A DNA stretch of 63,948 nt, filler included, from Octopus bimaculoides (taxonomy: Eukaryota), in assembly GCF_001194135.2 (NCBI RefSeq). It is 8 parts of 7 records of this genome, joined end to end, with 100 filler letters (N's around TTAATTAATTAA, not from the genome) between each part and the next. Parts side by side here need not be neighbours in the genome. Positions count along the whole stretch, not along the records: positions 1 to 26,561 come from NC_069000.1; positions 26,662 to 29,153 come from NC_068984.1; positions 29,254 to 43,783 come from NC_068995.1; 5 more parts are not named here. The stretch is one strand, 5' to 3'. The notes beneath the pieces are model-generated. The model made no database searches. It had not been told where the DNA came from and saw nothing but the letters and a program-made list of their open reading frames with translations. This document shows, one piece after another, positions 22,120 to 34,196 of this stretch. The first letter of the stretch is position 1, and each line of letters begins with the position of its first letter. The position numbers and the translations under genes were made by a program.

Positions 22120-22743
22120 TTTTTGACAATTTTTTTTTTTGTTTTGTAAAGTTTTAGTAAGCAATAATTTTTCAGTTCCAAACACTAAATTAGCAGATTC
22201 TAGTTATCTATTGGTCAATTTAGTGTTTCAAAAAGGATAAATTTTTTATTACTTATATGTAATAAATGAATATTGATTTTATGGAGGCAATCATTACCAT
22301 AATTATCATAATTATTAACACTTATTATTGTTTTTTGCTGTGGTTCTGTTGATTACATTTGTTAATTGTTATATTTGTGAAGTGTCAACACAAACCTATG
22401 TTCCTTAGCAACATGGTCCGAGTTGAGTCATTCTCTTGGATTGTAGCTCATTACTCATTTTGTATGGTTGTCAGTTAAGTCACTCTCAAATTCCATTTCA
22501 ACAAAGACCAATGTATTACTAAGATATTTGTAGACATTCATTTGCACAGCTTCTCCGGCAACAAATATCTTCAATTCTGTTGCACTTGCATGCAACAACT
22601 ACACATTATGCAATACCATCATTGGCAGGTTGTGTTTTGATTGAGTCAGGGAAGTCATTGTATCTTTTCGACCATCTTCTATCACAGTCAACTGAACATT
22701 GGTCCAGAGTGAACAGTTGATAGAACACGGTAATAGCTCACAT

Positions 22744-22775
22744 CTGAAAGACAGAAAAAAAAAAATTAATTTTAA
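22744..22775 (-). promoter_or_regulatory. 3' splice acceptor of an upstream (probably 5' UTR) exon of the ZNF gene
   Basis: Minus strand TTAATTTTTTTTTTTCTGTCTTTCAG|ATGTGAGC: strong polypyrimidine tract plus CAG. Confidence 0.6.
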
Positions 22776-22891
22776 AACAAATATATGCCATATATATATA
22801 AATGTTCATTTTTTATAGAAAAAATTTTTACAATAATCTGATGGGTTACTCTATACTTTTGTTGAGTATAAATATATTATTCTAATACAAA

Positions 22892-22988
22892 AATGTTGTT
22901 GACAGTGACTTTGAAGTTTTGACCAGCTAAGCCATTGTCCAACAATGGCTTAGCTGGCTGAAACTTTGAAGTCACTGTCAACAACATT
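22892..22988. repeat. 97-nt near-perfect palindrome (47-bp arms, 3-nt loop)
   Basis: AATGTTGTTGACAGTGACTTTGAAGTTTTGACCAGCTAAGCCATTGT-CCA-ACAATGGCTTAGCTGGCTGAAACTTTGAAGTCACTGTCAACAACATT. Confidence 0.95.
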
Positions 22989-24985
22989 CTTGAATAAGAA
23001 AAAAATATATATATAAATATATATATTAAATCAATGTGGAAATTGAAGCTCTTTATTTTTCCACAAAAAGGATTGAATACAATAAGGAAAATATTAGAAT
23101 AGCTAGTATTCTCTGATCCAGCAAACAAGAGAGACAACTCCATACATGTCTCAGCTGTTTAGCATCATTGCTCTCTATTGGAACCTCTTTATAATTAAAT
23201 TATTTATCTAATTTCCCAGCACCATGCAATACTTTTTTTTAAATAATTTTTTTTTCAGTAAGATAGTTACTACAAGGCCAATGAGCAATGGTAAATGTTA
23301 TTCTTCTGTTAACAAAAGTGAAGAGACCAGAAATGTGCAAAGTTGTCTGCTTGTTTAGCCAGAGAATAACGTTGGCTACTCCTTAATATTTTATCTTAAT
23401 CACCATAACTTTAGTAAGTGACATTACCATTGCTTCAGGATGACTTAAAGTTTGTAAGTGAATTTGTGAATATGGAAATTGTACAGAAGCCTGTTGGATA
23501 AACTGTACCTGTAATTCTTAAAGATCCAGCCTTGTCATACCTGAGTCACACTGATTCTACCTGACAACTTGGTGCTCATATCAACATCAAAGTGAGAATT
23601 CTTCATCACTGACAGTATAAGAAGAATCAGATCTAGTGTGCAGGAAAGAAGACTGCACTGGTACAGGCTTGTGAAGATGACTAATGTATAAAAAAGGGCA
23701 GGGTATTCAAGTCATGTCCATTCCATCTTTTATTCAGGCATTAACTCCAGTAGTCCAAAGACCTGCATAAAGGCTCTTCCTAGAGTCCAAGCATTTGGTG
23801 CATTTCTTAGGTGTTATTTTAGTTTGAAAAACTTTCTCATGCCCTATCTATTAAACCATTCTTTCTAATTAACAATGACTAACTTGCCAGTTAGCTAATA
23901 TGTATCTATCCACAGGCAAAATATATATTAGACTCAACCTCCAGACCGAAAATGGTCTTTGAGAAGTATCTTACTCTGAAGGGCATCTTCTCATTCATTC
24001 CATTTTTCCTTCTTTCTTTATTTCCTCTTTTCTCCCTTTTACTCTTTCCTTTCTTTAAAAACATCCCCTATCCTTTTCAAACTTTTTTTCTTTCCTTCAC
24101 CATTACTTCTACTTTATTTCCTTTCCCATTGTCTTCTATGTCCACAAATTCCTCTTTTATCATCCTCTGGCTTCTATGAAGCATTATGCTTGTAACCTTG
24201 AGCAAGGATGTGTTCACTTTGACTATAAATCTATGTGTACAACCTGAACATTATGGTCATTACACTTTTTAGAACTGTTTTTAAGGGAAAATTTTAGATC
24301 ACTTTTGATCCTTTGTTTTTTTACTATACAAAGCACAAAAGTGATTATGGCTTAGTATATTACAGAATTATGGCTCCTAGCCCATGTACTTCCTCACTAG
24401 ATTGAGAAAAACTGAGTCTCATTTTTTTTTTTTCTCACATTTTTGCATCTCATGAAACTTTAATGAGTAGCTACACTGAATAATTCATTTGAATTTAAAC
24501 AGGTTAGATGATTGTAAAATTTTCTTTTCAGATCCATTTAGGGTATGTTACTTACATAAAACTAGTAGTAGCCTGCATATGAATAATTGTGTTGAATGCA
24601 TAAGTAAATACTTGACTTTCTATCTAAAATGGTACAATACACACACACACACAGAGCTTTGTAGAGTGTCACATGCACAACAGATTCAATTACATCTATC
24701 AATATATTGTATTATACTCCATTTGATTTGATATGATGCAAATGTTGCACAAAAGTGCAATGACTGTTATTATTTGAACAGACCTACTGAGATAATATTT
24801 CTTGCAAGTTATTTAGTGATCACAGTGTTAGTGCCATGAAAAAAGTACCCAGTACATTCCATAAAGTGGTTGGCATTAGGAGTGGCATCCAGCTGTGGAA
24901 ACCATACCAAAGCAGACATCAGAGCTCAGTGCAGTCCTCAAGCTTGTCAGTTGAACCATGTAAGCATGAAAAACAGACATTAAAC

Positions 24986-25244
24986 CAGGGTTGTGGAGTT
25001 GGAGTCAGAGTTGGAAACAATTAAGGAGTAGCTGGAGTCGGAGTCGGTAAAATTATTAGTGACTCCAACTCACAGTATAAACCAGTTATAACATATAGGC
25101 CTATTCAAAGTACAAGTGTATGCATATGCTTTATGAGATATATAGACCACAAGCACTTAAAGACATAAAGAGGAGTCAGAGTCAGAGATACCAATAGTAG
25201 AGGAGTCAGAGTCAAAGTTTTTTTGTTTTGACTCCACAGCCCTG
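24986..25244 (+). mobile_element. hAT-type MITE (259 bp) with GGAGTC subterminal repeats
   Basis: TIRs CAGGGTTGTGGAGT / ACTCCACAGCCCTG; 8-bp TSD CATTAAAC / CATTAAAT; inserted into the tail of an RTE-type repeat. Confidence 0.85.
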
Positions 25245-25633
25245 CATTAAATTATGATGTTGATGATATATATATATATATATATATATTAACATCTAGA
25301 TTTCAATAGGTTAGTTCTAGAGTTATTTGAAGCAAGAGTTTATAACTTGATGCTCATCATGTCACCAACTGTTCCTTACCCAATTTTCAAGGGATTTTAT
25401 AATTCCAGAGTGACTGGTCATAAAGTCAACACCATTTTAATGAAGTAGTAACAGGTCAGGAATATCAAAATTCATATACATTTACACCCATACATATATA
25501 CATGCAATGGACTTCCTGCAGTTTCTATCAACCAAATTCACTCACAAGGCATTGGCTGGTCTAGACTAAAGTAGAAGATATGCAGCATGACTGAATTTCA
25601 TGTAACTCCACAATATGAACCCAGTGTAAGCTT

Positions 25634-26150
25634 TGGATACATAAAAGGTGCAGCAATATCAGAGAGAGAGCTTAACAGGGAAAATAGCTTTTGTGTGTGG
25701 AAGATGCACAGGTGCAATAAACACTGAAAATGTACAGAAAACAGACTCCATCAACTGCCTGAGGGGTAAGCTAGAGGTAGTAGATAGCTTCCATTATCTA
25801 GGTGGTCAAGTTAGTAGCAGAGGTGGATGCTCCGAGAGCATAGCTGTGAGAATAAGACTAGGCTGGGCAAAGTTCAGAGAGCTTCTACCCCTGCTGGCAA
25901 CAAAGGGCCTCTCTCTCAGAGTGAAAGGCAGATTGTTTGATGCCAGTGTGTGAACAGCTATGCTACACAGCGGTGAAACGTGGGCTGTGACAGCTGAGGC
26001 TTCACTATGCTTCACTGAGTGTGCAATGTCAGTGTGCATGTTCAACAGACTGTAAGCATCTTGAGAGAAAAGTTAGGCATAAGAGGAATCAGATGTGGTG
26101 TGCAAGAGAGACAACTGTGCTGGTATGGTCATGTGATGCATATGAACAAG
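25634..26150 (+). mobile_element. RTE-clade LINE, RT C-terminal fragment
   Basis: LEVVDSFHYLGGQVSSRGGCSESIAVRIRLGWAKFRELLPLLATKGLSLRVKGRLFDASV*TAMLHSGETW; later LREKLGIRGIRCGVQERQLCWYGHVM. A smaller related piece is at ~23590-23700. Confidence 0.85.
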
Positions 26151-26530
26151 GATGTTCATATGCATCAATGCACAACTGTGTCCTTACACCTCAAACAAGG
26201 GAGCTAATGTCCCCACTCAGACTTAAACAGTACCTGTGGACCAATGGTTTCTGGGTTATTTCCCTACATCGGCATAGGATAACTGTTGTCTAGAGATGGC
26301 AGCACTAGGCCTTGTTCAAAGTATATACTTTTAAAGTAACACACTGTCACTTATAAGGAGAAAAACAATTAGTTTTAAATCTCTGAGCGAGAAATAAGTA
26401 GTAACAGTACTACAGAGTAAAGTCTATTTGCCAACATAAAATTGAAAAAGCTGGAAAAGATGTTTTCCTGGGGCTAAAAAAGGTAATAACATCGTCCTAA
26501 TCAGGACTGCCACTTTACGTTGCCAAATAA

Positions 26531-26561
<31 letters not shown>

Positions 26562-26605
26562 NNNNNNNNNNNNNNNNNNNNNNNNNNNNNNNNNNNNNNN
26601 NNNNN

Positions 26606-26617
26606 TTAATTAATTAA
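26606..26617. other. Assembly spacer TTAATTAATTAA inside N gaps (also 29198, 43828, 51680, 56904, 60214, 62712)
   Basis: The identical 12-mer sits between N runs seven times and gives TAA stops in all six frames. Confidence 0.95.
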
Positions 26618-26661
26618 NNNNNNNNNNNNNNNNNNNNNNNNNNNNNNNNNNNNNNNNNNNN

Positions 26662-26718
<57 letters not shown>

Positions 26719-27734
26719 ATACAGAGAGAGAGAGAGAGAAATTGCATAAGTGTTGTACACCGCAGGACACCCTTCATCAGCTGCTGTCCAGGGGTCGCAA
26801 TGGTTTTGGTACCGTCCGACAGGATCGCTCTCTTCAGCAATGCCGAGCAGACTTGATGCCACCAGAGAATGTCTGGATGGTTCTGGTTTAAATGGCAATA
26901 TGCTTCTCTTCTTACGTTACCCATATGACCACCATACGAAACAACCGGATTCAATTATTACCACTCCAACTATAAAGCACTTATTTTGCTTTCCTGCATG
27001 CTAAGGATTAATTGTCCTCATAGCTTTGGTCTATCTCTACTACACCTTGCTATGACATGCGTGCACATACACACATACGTATGTATGTATGTATGAATGT
27101 ATGTATGTATGTATGTATGTATGTATGTATGTATTAATGTACGTTTTTCATTTTCAGAATCAACAAAACGGCAAGCTTCTTTTGTTTAAGTCAAGACAGC
27201 TCCTGTGGTGTGTGGTTATCTAAACTGTTTGACGTGTACATTCTGCTTATGTTGGTGCGTCTAGAGAAACTTTTACTCATGTAATGAGTGTGCGTGACAC
27301 GTTAGTACAAAAGTATACGTCATTATAGTTTACATGTGTGCGTGTATGTGTATTCTATATATAAGTACATGTAAGATTGTGTACACATATTCGCCCAGGA
27401 ACCTCAAATGGAAAAATCATTGAAATTTTTTACAAACCTTCACTGAGCCCCAGTTCGATTGTATTTGGAGAATGCAAAGCACTGGGTTTTTTCCTTTATT
27501 TGAAGAAAACCAAGCACTTCTAAGTTTTAATGCAGATGTGTTGTGAAGTAGTCCAGTGCATCTATGAAAGCAGTTATAAATGAGTGCCTGTAGTTTGGAC
27601 ATAAGGTTTTTAAGTTTCTCGCTAGTCCTCCACTGATGTTCACACTTTCCCCAATTTTTGACGAGACTTTCACATTCACCGGATGTGTTTGTATGAATGA
27701 ATGTATGAATGTATTTATGTATGTGCGCGTGTAT

Positions 27735-28090
27735 GGAGGCGCAATGGCCCAGTGGTTAGGGCAGCGGACTCGCAGTCATAGGATCGCGGTTTCGATTCCC
27801 AGACCGGGCGTTGTGAGTGTTTATTGAGCGAAAACTCTTAAAGCTCCACGAGGCTCCGGCAGAGGATGGTAGTGAACCCTGCTGTACTATTCCACCACAA
27901 CTTTCTCTCGCTCTTTCTTCATGTTTCTGTTGTGCCTGTAATTCAAAGGGTCAACCTTGTCACACTGTGTCACGCTGAATATCCCCGAGAACTACGTTAA
28001 GGGTACACTTGTCTGTTAATTTCACGAGCAGGCTGGTCCTTTGATCAGATCAACTGGAACCCTCGACGTCGTAAGCGACAGAGTGCCAAC
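27735..28090 (+). mobile_element. tRNA-derived SINE family C
   Basis: A box TGGCCCAGTGG, B box GTTTCGATTCC, tail GATCAACTGGAACCCTCGACGTCGTAAGCGACAGAGTGCCAAC; inverted copy at 45128-45480. Confidence 0.9.
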
Positions 28091-28196
28091 ATNNNNNNNN
28101 NNNNNNNNNNNNNNNNNNNNNNNNNNNNNNNNNNNNNNNNNNNNNNNNNNNNNNNNNNNNNNNNNNNNNNNNNNNNNNNNNNNNNNNNNNNNNNNN

Positions 28197-28266
<70 letters not shown>

Positions 28267-28486
28267 TAAGAATTTGGGGAGAACATACTCCGCAACTGGT
28301 ACTTCTTCAACTCTCAAGCTGAACTCAGCAATAATGATGATTAAGAGTGTTCTCCTCTTCCTCATCATCATACTCCTCTTCCGCCTCTTTTTCCTCTTTG
28401 CCCTCCTCTTCATCCTCCGTCTCTTCACCCTCTTTATCATCATCACTATCAACAACAACAACAGCAGCGAATAATGCGTAATATAC

Positions 28487-28705
28487 GTTTCAAATTTTGG
28501 TACAAGGCCAGCGGTTTTGGTGGTGGGGAGGTTCCAAGTCGATTAGATCGACTCCAGTACTCAACTGGTACTTATTTTATCCACCCTAAAAGGATGAAAG
28601 GCGAAGTCAAGCTTCGGTAGAATTTGAACTCTGAACGCAAAGACAGACGAAATGCTGCTGAGCATCTTATCCGTTGTGCTAACCCTTCTGCCAGCACACC
28701 GCCTT
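28487..28705 (-). mobile_element. SINE family B
   Basis: Reverse complement of GGCGGTGTGCTGGCAGAA..TTGACTTCGCCTTTCATCCTTTTAGGGTGGATAAAATAAGTACCAG..GGCCTTGTACCAAAATTTGAAA. Confidence 0.8.
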
Positions 28706-28859
28706 GAACAATGCAAAATATCAATAGAAAACATACGCATAACAGTTTATGGATGGAATATTTTATTAACATTGTATTTAAGTGTACATGTGTACGTTAT
28801 TTACACGTATACAAATATATATGTGTGTGTGTGTGTGTATTTATAAGTATATTAATACA

Positions 28860-28890
<31 letters not shown>

Positions 28891-29106
28891 GCACATGCAT
28901 ACATAAATTTATTCAAGTACACATATATTTGTTTTGTTAGCTCGTGATCTTTTTGCTGTCTCTTATTGGCAACAAAATGCTATGAAATGTTTTAAGTTGA
29001 GGTGAATCTTTATGAATAAAACGTCACTAATAATTTAAGACGAATAAAAACAAAGACAAATGAAAACATGTTTCTTCCTCCCATTTAATAAGTAAAACAC
29101 ACTCAG

Positions 29107-29153
<47 letters not shown>

Positions 29154-29253
29154 NNNNNNNNNNNNNNNNNNNNNNNNNNNNNNNNNNNNNNNNNNNNTTA
29201 ATTAATTAANNNNNNNNNNNNNNNNNNNNNNNNNNNNNNNNNNNNNNNNNNNN

Positions 29254-30305
29254 GTACCCAATAGACAAGCCTGGTTTTTTGTCGTGGCGTCTCTTATATT
29301 CTTTCTGGGCTAGTGGCGTACATTGGCTGATAATATGCCATACGGCTTCAGAGTTTTGTCCACAGATTCTGCACTTATCACTTTCTGCTGTGTTGTCTAT
29401 TCTGTATTTTATGCAGTTTGTTCTGAGTGCTTGCTCTTGGGCAGCACAGATTAGAGCCTCCTTTTCCGGTTTTAAATCACTTTTAGTCATCCACAGCCAT
29501 TTTTTCTCTTTGTCTACCTTATCTTCAACATCTCTATGAAATTGACCATGCATCTTTTTCTTTACTCACCTATTTTCAGTTTCATTCGTTTTCAATTTCT
29601 TGTATAGTGTTTTATCTTTGCAATCTTTCATCCTACACAAGCCTGACCTTCTTACTTCTAATAATAGCGGTTCTGTGGCATTTTTTACATACCATACTAT
29701 GTTTTTTTCCTGTTCTAATGCTGTGTTCGCATCCAATAAGTCCTCTTCCCCCTCTTTTTCTTGGTACATACAGTCTGTCTGTGTCTCGTTTTGAGTGGAG
29801 TGACCCATATCTAGTTAGCAATTTCCTTGTCTTTCTGTCTAAGCTGTTTAGTTCGTCTACTGTCCATGCGATTACCCCTGCTCTATATCTAAGGAGTGAA
29901 ACCGCCCAGGTGTTAATAGATTCGATTTTATTCCGTCCGTTTAATTTCGACTTAAGGATCAGGCTCAGTCTGCGCAAGTACTCCACCTTAAATTTTTCTG
30001 TCATTTCTTTCTCCATCGATTTATCCATTTCCAAAATCCCCAAGTACTTATAGCCCGTCTCTTCTATCTGCTTCCGAACCTCCCCCGACGGTATCGTTAG
30101 CTGATCCATACATTTGATTTTGCCTCTCTTCAAGACTAACACACCACACTTTCTCAGTCCGAACTCCATTCTGATATCAGCACTGAAGGTATATACCGTA
30201 TCAACGAGGAAACTGACTTGGGCTTCATCTTTACCATACAGTTTGAGGTCATCCATGAATAACAAATGGTTGACTTTCTGTTGGTGGCTTTTGAATACGT
30301 ACATG
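29254..30305 (-). mobile_element. 5'-truncated R4/Dong-like non-LTR retrotransposon (RT end, CCHC finger, start of restriction-like endonuclease)
   Basis: NHLLFMDDLKLYGK, YKYLGILE, RLYVPRKRGGRGL, MHGQF, LICAAQEQALRTN, CRICGQNSEAVWHIISQC and YKRRHD, with frameshifts. Confidence 0.88.
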
Positions 30306-30949
30306 TCGTATTAGAACTTGTACCGCGAGCACGACCAGAGCCCGCTTCCAGCTCAGCTGGTACGTCTAACACTCGTACAATCGAAGCTTGTTTTCAGTCC
30401 AGCTGAACGATTTAACATAAGTACAATCGAAACCCGCTTCCAGCTCAGTCAACAGCCGGAAAATAATTCATACTTTTGGGGTTCAGTTGCCAGTCAGTAA
30501 TTTATGAGCGAATTGCTTCAACATTAATTAATTTCTTTTATTGTAGTTTGAAGTTATTTGCTCGTTTGGTGGGTGTTTTATAAATTAGCGCCTCACATTA
30601 TTTATATCATTTTGGATAATTTTATTTACAATAATTATACTACCCTACGATAGATGAGAATGTTTTTAATCAGTTAACTTTTGATGAAAAGAAACGCAGT
30701 GGAAGGCGTGTGGCGAGATTAAACATAACAAAAGTAAACAAAGGAAAATATTTAAGTCTGAACTTACAAATGATTATGTGGAAATATTTCTAATAATAAC
30801 TTATAATCTGGTCCATTCTAATTATACTTAAATGAAAATTCAGTTTCGACTTTCCTAAAGAATTATGACCATGAAAAGCCAGTAACTCATTTGCATATGT
30901 TAATTTTAAACGATTTTGGAAAACACTTCGAATCGATTTAATACTTGAC

Positions 30950-32125
30950 AAGCAGAAACCACTAGCTATTAACAGCTACAATGAAGACATTTTTAAGAAG
31001 CTAATATCTTAAAAAGACTAATTAGAATACTATGCTTTTGGAAGAATTCAAGAATTAGATTTTCGTAGTCGAATTGAAAATGAGCTATCTGAAAACAGAG
31101 ATAACACTATTGAGCGAGCTTTTGTGTTGCTTATTTTAAAGAAAAAATTCCAAAAGTCATGTTAAAACTGCTACTGTTTTAAAATAGTCGTCAACTATTC
31201 AGAACAGTCTAATTTAGTTAATTGGTAAAGGCCGTAGACAAGTGTGCAATTCACCAAAATCGACGACCTCAATATCAAAATCATCATGGACGCTAGAAAG
31301 TCAATCCTGGTTCACTATGATTCCTATTGAGTAAAAATGGAAGGTGACCTGCTGTTCAACGTATCTATGGGGAACTATGACGGAACTGAGATCGCTGACC
31401 TTGCCTGGATACTGAAAGGAAGCGCACAAACACCCATAGTCCGGCCCTGTACAATAATGAGGGTTTGTCAATCTCAAGTGTTTGAACAACCGCACTATTG
31501 GCGCGTTCAGGAAAAATTTCTAAAAGATCTTCAAAGAATTCGGCTAAACAGTTACCGCCTGTTTGACAAAGGTCGAGTTGCTCGACGGAACCCCGGACCT
31601 GTGGACGGGTATGTGCTACCCTTACAGAAAGGCCGGTAAAGAAACTTTATATTCATAGAAACACCGAACAGTACATCTGCTGTAATTAGAAACCTAGTTG
31701 CAGAAATAAGTAGAAGCTATTATCTTTCAGCTGACAGAAAGATATTCAACACGGGTTCGCCCCGCTATAGCGAAGAGTGGCTTTACCGATACATGGAAGA
31801 CGCCCCCACCCCTCACTTTAAGAGAATCAGAAAGAGAAATATAATCTGGTTCAATCCTCCATGCAGCCTAGGAGTTCAAGTAACATAGGAGTTTCATAAC
31901 ACCTAATAAAAACATTTCTCTAGAACTCATATATATTATTTCGATTTTGTATTTAGTTTGCAGATTCTTTATGTGAATTCGTGTGTTGAAGCATATTTTA
32001 TTGTGCCTGAGGAAAGTCATTCTCTTTTAGTGCCTTATTACTTAACACATTTACCGGTTCGATTTCCACTCATTTACTTATTTATTTTTTCTAAACTTTT
32101 TGTTGCGTCATGCAACTTCTTCAAT
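30950..32125 (+). mobile_element. Penelope-like element, decayed RT plus 3' non-coding tail
   Basis: KIDDLNIKIIMDARKSILVH..LFNVSMGNYDGTEIADL, YIHR..AVIRNL and RKRNIIWFNPP. The tail at ~31990-32125 recurs inverted at ~59915-60040. Confidence 0.75.
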
Positions 32126-32619
32126 AGTCGTTGACTCTGTCCGTTATCAGAGCTGCGTTCTTTTTGTTTGTTTTTTTGTGTGCATGTGTATACACGTATG
32201 TATGTATGTACATATATATGTATGCGTTTGTGTACGTTTGTATATATGCATTCTGCATATACATGTGTTTATGTGTTCATGTTTGTGTGTTTGTATGTGT
32301 ATGTATTTGTGTGTACTTCTGTCTCCTTGCAGGTGCATGTTTGAGTGTGTCTATATGTATGAGTTTGTGTGATTATGTTCATGCGTTTGTTATGTATGGA
32401 TGTGTTTCCATACGTGCCCTTGTGTGTGTGCATATATGATCATGTGTTTCAGTCTTCATTTGTGTATGATTGTGTGTGTGCTTGTCTGTCCGTATTACCT
32501 ATGTACCTATCTATTTATTTATCTGTTTACTTACGTATCTATTTCCCCCACACACACATACATACATACATACATACATACATACATACATACATACATA
32601 CATACGTATATATATAACA

Positions 32620-32890
32620 GCCTACTAACAACTCTACCTGTGTATACATAAATTGTGGGTATTTCCTATTTAGTACTGGGGATGTTTCATTTATGAGGAC
32701 GTACTCCTGTATTTGTCTGAGTGTTGGGTCCTTCGGGTGTTTGAATAAAATGCAGATGTCAAGTTGACCCAGTGTGCTTCCTTGTGGGTCTTTGGCATGT
32801 TGGTAGAGTATGTAGGACTGTTTTTTGCCGTCATATTGTCACACAGTTTCATTTAGTCTCTCCGCAATGCTTCTAGATGCTACAAAAGAT
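32620..32890 (-). mobile_element. GIY-YIG endonuclease C-terminal remnant (Penelope-like)
   Basis: Minus strand ASRSIAERLNE..SYILYQHAK..ILFKHPKDPTLRQIQEYVLINETSPVLN. Confidence 0.55.
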
Positions 32891-33139
32891 ACAAACACAC
32901 ACCAACACAACCTCCAACTCAGTACCCAGCCTGTAACCTTCGAAATCCTACCAATTGTCGATTGGAAGAATCCTATCTCTCAAAGGCTATAATTTATAGA
33001 GCCGCCCTTACACATCGGATGGCATCACAAAACATTATACGAGCATAATAGTCAATAACTTTTCAACATCCTGTCCGAATACTTGGGACTAAAATAAAAA
33101 AAAAATAGTTGGTGTCGCTTTCATAGCATTAATATTTCA

Positions 33140-33344
33140 TGACTCGTTAGAGCGCCAGGCAAAATGCTTAGCGACATTTCGTCTATGTTTGCGTTCTGAG
33201 GTAAAATGCCGTCATCGTCGAATTTGCCTTTCATCCTTTCGGGGTCGATAAAATAAGTACCAGTTGAACAGGTGGGAGGGGAAACCTATGTAATCGGCAT
33301 ACTCCCTCTCCTGAAACTACTAGCCTTGTATCAAAATCTGAAAC
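33140..33344 (+). mobile_element. SINE family B
   Basis: TCGTTAGAGCGCCAGGCAAAATGCTTAGCG..TTTGCCTTTCATCCTTTCGGGGTCGATAAAATAAGTACCAG. Confidence 0.85.
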
Positions 33345-34141
33345 TAATATATTGCAGGGTGTCATTAGGCTAATGATATCCCTTAGTATAAACCTGATTT
33401 AAGTCTAGAGTAACGTCCAAGAAGTTGGCCACTTTAGTGCTATTTTCAAAAGAGACAGACAGGCTATGATTTTTAAAGAATGTCGTCTTTTATTTCCTCA
33501 GCAACGTCACCCTTCTCTCTTCATCCNNNNNNNNNNNNNNNNNNNNNNNNNNNNNNNNNNNNNNNNNNNNNNNNNNNNNNNNNNNNNNNNNNNNNNNNNN
33601 NNNNNNNNNNNNNNNNNNNNNNNNNNNNNNNNNNNNNNNNNNNNNNNNNNNNNNNNNNNNNNNNNNNNNNNNNNNNNNNNNNNNNNNNNNNNNNNNNNNN
33701 NNNNNNNNNNNNNNNNNNNNNNNNNNNNNNNNNNNNNNNNNNNNNNNNNNNNNNNNNNNNNNNNNNNNNNNNNNNNNNNNNNNNNNNNNNNNNNNNNNNN
33801 NNNNNNNNNNNNNNNNNNNNNNNNNNNNNNNNNNNNNNNNNNNNNNNNNNNNNNNNNNNNNNNNNNNNNNNNNNNNNNNNNNNNNNNNNNNNNNNNNNNN
33901 NNNNNNNNNNNNNNNNNNNNNNNNNNNNNNNNNNNNNNNNNNNNNNNNNNNNNNNNNNNNNNNNNNNNNNNNNNNNNNNNNNNNNNNNNNNNNNNNNNNN
34001 NNNNNNNNNNNNNNNNNNNNNNNNNNNNNNNNNNNNNNNNNNNNNNNNNNNNNNNNNNNNNNNGTGTGTGTGCCTGTGTCTGTGTGTCTGTGTGTCTGTG
34101 TGCGTGCATGCGTGTGTATGTGTATATATGTGTGCTGTGTT

Positions 34142-34196
<55 letters not shown>

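Noticed and set aside
22120-22185. ORF-track N-terminus MFGTEKLL..
   Set aside because: It starts at a GTG and includes an A-run; the first ATG in good context is 22119 unless the speculative 22395/22185 intron is real.
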